A stretch of 64,000 nt of DNA, from NCBI GenBank assembly GCA_977020255.1, contig CDROCS010000253.1, positions 558,001 through 622,000 on the forward strand. Reading direction: 5' to 3'. This document shows positions 51,747 through 60,021 of the stretch, one piece after another. The stretch comes from Obrimoposthia wandeli (Eukaryota). The notes under the pieces are model-generated. The model was given only the letters and a program-made list of their open reading frames with translations, did no database searches and was not told the DNA's origin. Numbering within the stretch: the first letter of the stretch is position 1; every line of letters starts with the position of its first letter. The position numbers and the translations under genes are program-made.

Positions 51747-52382
51747 TTAATTTGTATAACTGGTTCTTTTCGCTTGTTCTATGACTTTACTAGGCATTTT
51801 CCTAGCAAGACCAGATAGTAAGACACTGATTTTTTTATGTATTAACTTATCGCCTGTTAAAGAATGATGTAATTGAGAATATAGTGCAGGATAGTCTAAC
51901 GGGCTACCATAGCCTTGCTCATATATATCTGCCAGTCGCATCTGTGCAGCTAAGTTATTTAAACTTGCCGCTGTTTTTAAATAAACAATAGCGCGGTCAA
52001 TATCTACCTGCATAAACTTACCCGTATGATAATAACGTCCTAACTGCTCTAAACCTTCGGCTAAGCCCTGATCAGCGGCTAAATGCATGTAATGCAGTCC
52101 TAGCGGAATGTCTTTTTTGACACAAACACCATAAGCCAACATATCACCCCACAAATATTGGTAAGAGGGCATATGAGCTTTATTTGCACGCGCTTCAATA
52201 TCTTGTACTAATTGGCACTCATCAAGTACTACTTGGCTCAAATGTTTGTTGTCTTTGATCAAATCAAGCAATTGATTATCAGTATAAATCTGCACTGCTT
52301 GCATGTTTTTCTTGATAGCTGATGCTGAAGAACTGGCAAATAAAAACATAACAAAGAGAACAAATAAAAATAATATACGCAT
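51747..52382 (-). CDS. motX: Sodium-type flagellar motor component MotX (Sel1-like repeats)
   Basis: CQLVQDIEARA, YQYLWGDMLAYGVCV, LEQLGRYY, YGSPLDY resemble Vibrio MotX; located next to rnr. Confidence 0.85.
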   Translation of the reverse strand: MRILFLFVLFVMFLFASSSASAIKKNMQAVQIYTDNQLLDLIKDNKHLSQVVLDECQLVQDIEARANKAHMPSYQYLWGDMLAYGVCVKKDIPLGLHYMHLAADQGLAEGLEQLGRYYHTGKFMQVDIDRAIVYLKTAASLNNLAAQMRLADIYEQGYGSPLDYPALYSQLHHSLTGDKLIHKKISVLLSGLARKMPSKVIEQAKRTSYTN

Positions 52383-52418
52383 AACAATCCTAACTAGGCT
52401 GAACCAGCTGACTCCTTT

Positions 52419-52445
52419 GTATCGGCAATCAAGCGGTAAGTATGA
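52419..52445 (-). promoter_or_regulatory. Possible sigma28 promoter for motX
   Basis: GCCGATAC (7/8 to GCCGATAA) about 37 nt upstream of the start; the -35 element is weak. Confidence 0.45.
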
Positions 52446-52635
52446 AATTTATTTCAATCAGATAATAATATTAAAGCAATTTTGACGCCAACACAGAATT
52501 TTAAAGCTATTATTAATTTAAACGAGAAGTTTACTAAGTTAGTATTATTTAGCGTACAGTAAGAACACTTGCTAAAATTATCAATTTTACACATAAGTAT
52601 TTTAGAACGTTTAAAATGAGAATCCCCTAATAATA

Positions 52636-53817
52636 ATGGTTTTGCGCATGCTAATTGAAAAAGACATTTCTGAATTAACGGTTGGCCATTATATGGTAAA
52701 TATTATTCAACAAGAGGGAAATTTCTCTTTAACTGCTGCTGGACACATCAAAAGCAAAGCAGTTATTAATCGTCTCAAAAGTAAAAAAGTTTACCGTGTT
52801 TTAATAGACGATAGCAAAACCTTAATGCCTAGTAACATCGAAAAAAATGTTAGCTCCGACAAAACCTCAATAATTAATAACAAAGACCTTAAACACGCAA
52901 AAGCAATTTTTGACCAATCTAAATCTATTCAAAAAAAGTTATTTCAGGATGCACTTAGTGGTAGTAGTTTAGACCTATCACCGGTAGTGGAGGTGACAAA
53001 TAAGTCAATCGATGCCATATTTAACAGCCCTGATTCACTTGCCTGTATGTTAAATATTCGAGAAAAAGATGAATACCTATTAGAGCACTCTGTTGCAGTG
53101 TCTGTCTATATCACCCTTTTCGGTCGTTATTTAGGCTTAGAAAGACAGATTATTGAGCAACTTTCCATTGGCGCATTCCTTCATGATATTGGTAAGATAA
53201 AAATACCTGACGAAATCCTCAATAAACCCGGTAAATTAACCGATGATGAATTCACCATCATGAAAACTCATGCCAATCATTCCATAGATATCATTAAAGA
53301 AACCCCTGGCGTTAGCGCACTTAGCCTCGAGGTGGCGGCTTTACATCATGAGAAACTCAACGGCTGTGGTTATCCTTTTCAAGTTAAAGGGGAAGATATC
53401 AGCCAGTATGGTCGCATGATTGCCATTTGTGATATTTTTGATGCATTAACCGCTACCCGTGTTTATAAAGAAGGCTTTGCTCACGGTAAAGCTTTTGCTA
53501 TTTTGCGAGAGTTAGGCAAGCAAGGACAATTAGATAGCGAATTAGTAGACCATTTTATCAAGTGTGTTGGCGTTTTCCCCGTGGGTTCATTAGTACAATT
53601 AAAATCAAATAAATTAGCATTGGTGCAAGCGCGCAATAATAAAGATCCAACAAATCCACAAGTTCACTCCTTTTATAGCGTCAAGCTAAACCAATTCCTC
53701 AACAAAGAAGAAATTGATCTATCAGGCAGTGAGGATTTCATTGTAAAAGGTGTCAGAGCAGAAGAGTTTGATCTTGATATGAAGCAAATTGTCGATATGT
53801 TGCTGATGGAAGGTTAG
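52636..53817 (+). CDS. HD-GYP c-di-GMP phosphodiesterase with a DUF3391-like N-terminus
   Basis: EHSVAV, LHDIGK, HHEKLNGCGYP, DIFDALTATRVYK. Start may be 52648. Confidence 0.9.
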   Translation: MVLRMLIEKDISELTVGHYMVNIIQQEGNFSLTAAGHIKSKAVINRLKSKKVYRVLIDDSKTLMPSNIEKNVSSDKTSIINNKDLKHAKAIFDQSKSIQKKLFQDALSGSSLDLSPVVEVTNKSIDAIFNSPDSLACMLNIREKDEYLLEHSVAVSVYITLFGRYLGLERQIIEQLSIGAFLHDIGKIKIPDEILNKPGKLTDDEFTIMKTHANHSIDIIKETPGVSALSLEVAALHHEKLNGCGYPFQVKGEDISQYGRMIAICDIFDALTATRVYKEGFAHGKAFAILRELGKQGQLDSELVDHFIKCVGVFPVGSLVQLKSNKLALVQARNNKDPTNPQVHSFYSVKLNQFLNKEEIDLSGSEDFIVKGVRAEEFDLDMKQIVDMLLMEG

Positions 53818-53848
53818 ACTTTTTATAAAGAGATACACATTACATAGA

Positions 53849-53910
53849 AACGTATAACTCAAGGAGAGTAAACTCTCGTTAAGTTATACGTTACCCAAGC
53901 AAGGAGAGTA
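53849..53910. repeat. 44-bp near-perfect palindrome plus an 11-bp direct repeat between convergent genes
   Basis: AACGTATAACT..GAGAG-TAAA-CTCTC..AGTTATACGTT (53849-53892); CAAGGAGAGTA at 53860 and 53900. Confidence 0.7.
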
Positions 53911-53925
53911 GTGCGGAGTAAAGAC

Positions 53926-56900
53926 CTAGGCAGCGCTACCCACTTCTTTAATTCCCTTAACTTGAGCAGCTTGATTACCTTCTTTTTTTAGCGTTATTGT
54001 TGTAGTTGCCTGTTTATCTTCTTTACGCTTATCTCTTAACACCAATAGACAAGGTGTTAGCACTAAGGTTAATACCGTAGCAAAAGCTAAGCCGCCAGCG
54101 ATAGCTGTTGCTAGTTGTGTCCACCACTGTGTTGATGGAGCACCAAAGACAATAGTACGCTCAAAGAAATCTAAGTTTACCTGTAATACCATAGGCAGCA
54201 AACCCAAAATGGTGGTTATTGTGGTTAACAGAACAGGCCGTAAACGCTGCGCGCCCGTTCGTAAAATGGCATCAACAACTGGATAGCCCTCTTTACGTAA
54301 AACATTATAGGTATCAATCAACACAATATTGTTATTGACAACAATACCCGCTAACGAGATAACACCAATACCGCCCATCACAATACCAAACGGTTTTTGC
54401 ACTAATAAAAGTGCTAAAAATACGCCAACAGTTGAGAATATGACGGCACTTAGAATTAATAGTGCTTGATAAAAGCTATTGAATTGAGTCACTAAAATCA
54501 TTGCCATTACAAAGAGCGCGATAGCAAAAGCATTAACTAAAAACGCTTGAGATTCCTGTTGATCCTCATTCTGCCCCTTAACATCAATATCCACTGACGG
54601 GTGTAACCCAAGTGTCGGTAACTGTTCTTGCAAACTAGGCAATTCATTCAATAGTTGAGCACCGGCAATTAAATTTGCCTGTACAGTAACAACTCGCTTA
54701 GCATCAACACGACGAATAGTATCAACTTTAGGTGCGGCTCTACGCTCGACAAAACTGCCAACAGGCACTAAACCAGACGTTGTCTTTAAGCGTAGTGAAT
54801 CTAAACGACTTATATTACGTTTTTCTTCAGGAAAGCGAACTCGAATATCCAGTTCATCATCAACATCGTCAGGGCGATATTCACCAAGCTTTAAACCGTT
54901 AGTAACCATTTGCACACTTGAACCAACTAATGCGGCATCTGCGCCATAAGTAGCGGCTTTATTTCGATCAATAATGAGCTGCCATTCTATGCCTGGTTTA
55001 GCGCCAGTATCTTCTATGTCGGTGAATTTACCTGTGGCTTGTAATGCCTCTCGTATAATTTTCACCGATTTATCGAGTTCTCCAGGAAAACGCGAGCTCA
55101 ATTCAAGTTTAAGGTCCTTACCACTTTGTGGACCGTTTTCATTTTTTCTCACTTCAATTTCAACGCCGGCTAAGTCATCCGTTAACGCGTGAATATTGGC
55201 TACTATGTCATCCGCTGAACGTCTTATCTGCCAATCAACAAAGTTTAATTTAAAAGTACCAATTTGGTTATTACCACCCGTTCGAGTATATAAGGTTTCA
55301 ATTTCCTCTAGCGGTAAAATACGTGCTTCTATAGAACGCATAATCACGTCTTTTTCTTTGATGGATAAATCGCCATGGGAACGCACCACCATAGTAGCAC
55401 TTTGTGGCTCAACCTCAGGAAAGAAGCTCACGCCAAGACCTGATGTTCCATAGAGCCACATCACCACAAAAGATATCGCAAAGGTACCAGCAACTATTTT
55501 CCAAGGATGTCTAATTGCCGTTGTCAGTACACGAATATAACGACCGGTAAAACCCGATAACTGATTGAATTCTCCCGCTTCAACATGTTCTATTTGCTGT
55601 TGTTCATTTTGACTAACGATGCGTGCTTTACCCAACACAGTGCCTAATGTGGGTACAAAGATCAACGCCATTGCTAAGGAAGCAGATAACACGGCAATGA
55701 GTGTGAATGGTAAGTATTTCATGAACTCACCCATAATGCCCGGCCAAAACATCAAGGGTGCAAACGCTGCTAATGTTGTTGCCGTTGAGGCAATGATCGG
55801 CCATGCCATGCGACGAGCGGCTGTAGCATAAGCAACACTTTTACTATGCCCTTCATTCATTTGTCTGTCTGCAAATTCGGTGACAACAATGGCGCCATCA
55901 ACGAGCATTCCCACTGCCATGATCAGGCCAAATAGCACCACTATATTTACTGTCATTCCTGCTAGGGCGATGACTAATATTCCGGTTAAAAAGGCCCCTG
56001 GAATGGCTAAACCAACCAACAAAGCTGTGCGGCCGCCTAAAGCAGCAATAATGACAATAACAACCAATAATACCGCTGAAAAAACGTTATTTTGCAAATC
56101 TGTCAGGGTATTTTTGATTTCTATTGATTGGTCACCAACATAATCGACTTTAACTTGTTGTGGCCATTTGACACGGCTTTCATTAACAATCTCTTTAACT
56201 TTATCAACCGTTTCAATCAGGTTCTCACCAGAACGTTTTTTGACTTCTATCGAAACAGAACGATGACCATTTAATCGGGCAAAGCTGGTGGGATCTTTAT
56301 AAGCACGACGCACCGTGGATACATCTTGAAAGGTGATCACGCGATCGCCATCAACCTTAATAGGCAGCTCAAGTAAGTCTTGAATATTTTCAAAAACAGA
56401 AGGCACTTTGATGGCAAAACGCCCTTTGCCAGTATCCATTGTTCCTGCGGGCACTAAGCGATTGTTACGCTCAACAAGGTTATAAATATCAGTTTGGTCA
56501 AGCCCGTAACTTTCCATTAATAATGGATCGACAATGATTTCAACCATATCTTCACGGTCGCCACCAATCTCAACTTCTAGCACTTCTTGCATGCCTTCAA
56601 TTTTATCTTTTACGTTACGCGCTATTGTTATCAAGCCTCGCTCAGTAACTGCGCCAGATAAAACAACAGTGAGTGCTGCTTCTTGATTAGCCATGGTGAC
56701 TTCATTAACCACGGGCTCTTCAGTCTCATTAGGCAACTTAGCTTTGGCTAAAGTCACTTTATCTCGCACATCGGCAAGTGCTTCTTTAGGATCAAGTCCG
56801 GCAATAAACTCTAAGGTAACAGAGGCATGGCCTTCACCAGCATTTGAACGCATTTCTTTAATGCCAGCGATAGATTTAAGCTCATTTTCCATCGGCCTTA

Positions 56901-57093
56901 CGAGCATACGTTCAGCATCTTCAGGAGAAATACCATCATGCACCATAGACACATAAATAATAGGAATGGTGATATCTGGATTGGCTTCTTTAGCAATGTT
57001 GTTATAGGTAACTGCACCAGAAATAAGCAGTAGTACAAATAACATCAATACAGAGCGAGTGCGGGTTAATGCGGCTTCAATAAGCGTTAACAT
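53926..57093 (-). CDS. RND efflux permease (AcrB/AcrD/AcrF family)
   Basis: 1055 aa, 12 TM, GMLVDGAIVVTE, RLRPVLLTT. Confidence 0.95.
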   Translation of the reverse strand: MLTLIEAALTRTRSVLMLFVLLLISGAVTYNNIAKEANPDITIPIIYVSMVHDGISPEDAERMLVRPMENELKSIAGIKEMRSNAGEGHASVTLEFIAGLDPKEALADVRDKVTLAKAKLPNETEEPVVNEVTMANQEAALTVVLSGAVTERGLITIARNVKDKIEGMQEVLEVEIGGDREDMVEIIVDPLLMESYGLDQTDIYNLVERNNRLVPAGTMDTGKGRFAIKVPSVFENIQDLLELPIKVDGDRVITFQDVSTVRRAYKDPTSFARLNGHRSVSIEVKKRSGENLIETVDKVKEIVNESRVKWPQQVKVDYVGDQSIEIKNTLTDLQNNVFSAVLLVVIVIIAALGGRTALLVGLAIPGAFLTGILVIALAGMTVNIVVLFGLIMAVGMLVDGAIVVTEFADRQMNEGHSKSVAYATAARRMAWPIIASTATTLAAFAPLMFWPGIMGEFMKYLPFTLIAVLSASLAMALIFVPTLGTVLGKARIVSQNEQQQIEHVEAGEFNQLSGFTGRYIRVLTTAIRHPWKIVAGTFAISFVVMWLYGTSGLGVSFFPEVEPQSATMVVRSHGDLSIKEKDVIMRSIEARILPLEEIETLYTRTGGNNQIGTFKLNFVDWQIRRSADDIVANIHALTDDLAGVEIEVRKNENGPQSGKDLKLELSSRFPGELDKSVKIIREALQATGKFTDIEDTGAKPGIEWQLIIDRNKAATYGADAALVGSSVQMVTNGLKLGEYRPDDVDDELDIRVRFPEEKRNISRLDSLRLKTTSGLVPVGSFVERRAAPKVDTIRRVDAKRVVTVQANLIAGAQLLNELPSLQEQLPTLGLHPSVDIDVKGQNEDQQESQAFLVNAFAIALFVMAMILVTQFNSFYQALLILSAVIFSTVGVFLALLLVQKPFGIVMGGIGVISLAGIVVNNNIVLIDTYNVLRKEGYPVVDAILRTGAQRLRPVLLTTITTILGLLPMVLQVNLDFFERTIVFGAPSTQWWTQLATAIAGGLAFATVLTLVLTPCLLVLRDKRKEDKQATTTITLKKEGNQAAQVKGIKEVGSAA

Positions 57094-57101
57094 AATAGCT
57101 C

Positions 57102-58286
57102 CTAGTCTTGTGCAGCGTTAGTGGCAGCCGCTTGCTTATCAGCACCATGACCTGCGCTATGACCTACGTTAACATCTGCTTTGTCATCTATTTGGTCGAA
57201 GATGGCTGCAACTTTATCGCCAGCTCGCACGAAGCCTTGCCCTAGAACAATAATATCGGCTTGCTCGCCAAGACCTGTTAACCATATACCATCATTTTCA
57301 CTTTTAATAATCACAATTGGCGTAAATTGCACAATAGATTTTTTTACTGATTTAACGCCAATATTACCTTTTTCATCTAAAGCCAGTAATGCAGGAGATA
57401 TTTTTATCGCCGACATTTTAGCTAAATCGATAGTTAATTCACTGCTTAATCCTGCTAATAATTGCGCTTTTTTATTATCAATGGCCACTTCAATTTTAAA
57501 AGTATTGGTCGCATCATTACCAACACTGGCTATGTAACGCAGCTTACCTTGTGCTTTTTCGCCATTTAATAAAGTGACTTGTGCCATTTGGCCAACAGAC
57601 AACTGAGTTATTTGTAACTCGGTTACATGAGCGCGGACAATGAGCGGGTCTAAATCAGCAATCATGGCAATATCATCACCGGAGGCAACATAATCGCCTA
57701 CTTCGACATAACGCGTATTAAGAATACCAGCAAAAGGTGCCTTGATAATGGTATTGGCAATGTCTAACTCTAATCTTTTTATTTCAGCTTTAACTGACTC
57801 GAGATCTGCATATGATTGCGCTAACTGCACTTTACCTTGATAACCTTGTGCATTTAACTTTAATGCGCCTTGATATTCCACTTCACGTTGGTTCAATAAT
57901 GCATGGCTTCGTGTTAATTTCGCTGGTAAATCATTTAAAGCAATTTTTGCAATAACCTGCCCTTTGGCAACTTTTGAGCCCCTTTTTGCTAATACCTCAA
58001 TAATTTTCCCACGTATTTCTGCTTTTAAAGTAGTAATACGATTAGGCTCGGTACGACCATAAAGCTCAATTGTTTTATGAATATTTTGTCCAAATCGAGT
58101 TTCAACTTTAACTTTTGCTGTTACCTGCTTTTCATCGTGACTAGGAATTTGTGCTTTTATCTCAGATTTTTTCTCAGCAGCACTCGGGCCAGAAGCCATC
58201 CATAGCACTAACACAAAGGTAATTAATACTGCAATAAGGTAAGGTCGTTGTGCTAACCAGCTAGAATTTAGGGTAAATTTCATCAT
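57102..58286 (-). CDS. RND periplasmic adaptor (MFP)
   Basis: TM anchor, LKAEIRGKI, IIKAPFAG, VEVGDYV. Start moved to ATG 58286, which has a GGAG Shine-Dalgarno. Confidence 0.92.
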   Translation of the reverse strand: MMKFTLNSSWLAQRPYLIAVLITFVLVLWMASGPSAAEKKSEIKAQIPSHDEKQVTAKVKVETRFGQNIHKTIELYGRTEPNRITTLKAEIRGKIIEVLAKRGSKVAKGQVIAKIALNDLPAKLTRSHALLNQREVEYQGALKLNAQGYQGKVQLAQSYADLESVKAEIKRLELDIANTIIKAPFAGILNTRYVEVGDYVASGDDIAMIADLDPLIVRAHVTELQITQLSVGQMAQVTLLNGEKAQGKLRYIASVGNDATNTFKIEVAIDNKKAQLLAGLSSELTIDLAKMSAIKISPALLALDEKGNIGVKSVKKSIVQFTPIVIIKSENDGIWLTGLGEQADIIVLGQGFVRAGDKVAAIFDQIDDKADVNVGHSAGHGADKQAAATNAAQD

Positions 58287-58495
58287 AATATCTCCATATT
58301 TATGGCGAATATCATAACGTGTTTTATCAGGGGGAGATAAACTAACTTGCAACAAAGTGTTAATTTTTTTGTTAGTTTTTGTAAAAAATAACAATGCCGA
58401 CAAGGTGTCGGCATTTATCGTATTTTGCAATGGCTTGTCATAACAACAAAGCTTTATGCGTTATGTTGAAGTAATGACCTTATCTAGTTAGAAGG

Positions 58496-58837
58496 CTAGA
58501 TAGAAAAAGAGGAACCACAACCACAAGTTGTTGTTGCATTTGGGTTATTTACCACAAAACGGCTACCTTCTAAACTTTCAAGATAGTCAACTTCGCCATC
58601 AACAAGGTATTGTAAACTCATAGGATCGATTACCATCATAACGCCTTGTTTTTCAATGGTCATATCGCCATCATTCACTTTTTCATCAAAAGTAAAACCA
58701 TATTGAAAACCTGAACAACCACCACCAGTAACATAAACACGTAACTTAAGAGCAGGGTTTTCTTCTTCTGTGATTAGCGAAAGGACTTTGCTCGCGGCAG
58801 AATCTGTAAATTTAATGGGTAATTCTAGTTCTGACAT
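58496..58837 (-). CDS. erpA: Fe-S cluster insertion protein ErpA
   Basis: [30 protein letters not shown]. Confidence 0.96.
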   Translation of the reverse strand: MSELELPIKFTDSAASKVLSLITEEENPALKLRVYVTGGGCSGFQYGFTFDEKVNDGDMTIEKQGVMMVIDPMSLQYLVDGEVDYLESLEGSRFVVNNPNATTTCGCGSSFSI

Positions 58838-58914
58838 GGTGCTCTACTTAGTACAACAAAGTACGAAAAAATACGCTATAAAGTGGGATGGACAACAACA
58901 AGGTTAATTATCTT

Positions 58915-58939
58915 AAACCTGACTATTTTAGTCAAGTAT
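58915..58939. promoter_or_regulatory. IscR type-1 binding site upstream of erpA
   Basis: AAACCTGACTATTTTAGTCAAGTAT matches ATASYYGACTRWWWYAGTCRRSTAT at 24/25 positions. erpA is an established IscR target in E. coli. Confidence 0.85.
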
Positions 58940-59004
58940 TATTCTTTGCCATAATTAGACTAACTCGTATAAAAAAACTCACTTAACGGGCGTTTATGCG
59001 GAGA

Positions 59005-59268
59005 TATACCCGTCACCATTCAAGATGCAGTTTTCAGAGTGCTTGATTAATTTCAATCCAAGGCGCTGTGATGAAATAATGGTTGTTCCCTTATAAATAA
59101 CAGCAACGATGAAGTGATGTTACTCAAGCGCTTCTTTGATGGGTTTAAAATCACTTTATACGGCGTTAAATAATCAAACCATAGAATGACTATGCTTAAA
59201 TTATTTGCCTTGCCTAAAGTGATTTTAATTCCCACTGAAATCCTGCACTTTGATTGGTAACGGGTATA
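59005..59268. mobile_element. 264-bp non-autonomous miniature inverted-repeat element (ERIC/IRU-like MITE)
   Basis: TA-terminated 26-bp terminal inverted repeats (22/26 identical) and two internal inverted arms, including a perfect 14-bp pair at 59145-59158/59215-59228. No credible ORF; three related fragments elsewhere in the window. Confidence 0.8.
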
Positions 59269-59278
59269 GTATTAAGCG

Positions 59279-59998
59279 CTATTGATTGACTTGCCAAGAG
59301 ACACTTTTTTCTTTCTTGGCATACTTTTGCCAGCGCGATTTAGTTAAGATGGCTGAGACTAAGACATTTTCAGGGGTAAAGTTAGCGGGTAAGGTAAACT
59401 CACCATTAATAATCTGAAAATATTGAAAACTAAATTTAAGATCTTTTTTGTTTAGTTTTGCGACTTCTGCCAGCTTAAGCTTCACAGGTTTGTCAGCTTG
59501 TCGACCTTCAAAGGTTAATTCAATATAACCTTTACTATAACGACGCTTTAATTGCTGTTGCACTAAAGTTACTTGAAAATGATATTGATTGGGAATTTTG
59601 CTCGCTGCTATTTTGACATTCTCAACGAATAAGCCTGCAGCTTCTTTTTCTGGCGCCATTATTTTTTCGTAAAAAGCCAACTGCTTTTTCACTTCAAATT
59701 TCTGCTTAGCGGCTTCTTTAAGTAAGTCTTGCATCTCTATATTGGCAAGCTGTTCAACCGTTAATTCAACTTCTAATGTGTGAATTCGCGCTATGCTCTC
59801 TTCTTGTTGCTGATAAAGCTGATCCAGCCTAAGCTTTTGTTGCTCAAGATTAGTAACTTGAAAGTGATGATAATAATTACCCAAACGGTAGCCGGTAAAT
59901 AAACAAAGACCAATAACTGTTATTAAAAACAAAGCCGATTTAAAAGTACCTAAGCGTTCAATAACAACACCCAAATTTATTTTTGCTAACCATTTCAT
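59279..59998 (-). CDS. Membrane-anchored coiled-coil protein (DUF6776-like)
   Basis: One TM, long coiled coil, QLAFYEKIMAPE, FSFQYFQ...G.F.LP..FTPE motifs; erpA neighbourhood. Start probably ATG 59998. Family name is from memory. Confidence 0.65.
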   Translation of the reverse strand: MKWLAKINLGVVIERLGTFKSALFLITVIGLCLFTGYRLGNYYHHFQVTNLEQQKLRLDQLYQQQEESIARIHTLEVELTVEQLANIEMQDLLKEAAKQKFEVKKQLAFYEKIMAPEKEAAGLFVENVKIAASKIPNQYHFQVTLVQQQLKRRYSKGYIELTFEGRQADKPVKLKLAEVAKLNKKDLKFSFQYFQIINGEFTLPANFTPENVLVSAILTKSRWQKYAKKEKSVSWQVNQ

Positions 59999-60007
59999 TT
60001 GTAAAGT

Positions 60008-60015
60008 ATTATAAT
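60008..60015. promoter_or_regulatory. Palindromic ATTATAAT giving a TATAAT on both strands between divergent ATGs
   Basis: TATAAT on + at 60010-60015 (6 nt before ATG 60022) and on - at 60013-60008 (9 nt before ATG 59998). Confidence 0.5.
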
Positions 60016-60021
60016 CCTGTA

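Noticed and set aside
59053-59235. 60-aa ORF inside the MITE
   Set aside because: No motif and far too short for a transposase; it lies entirely within a structured repeat.
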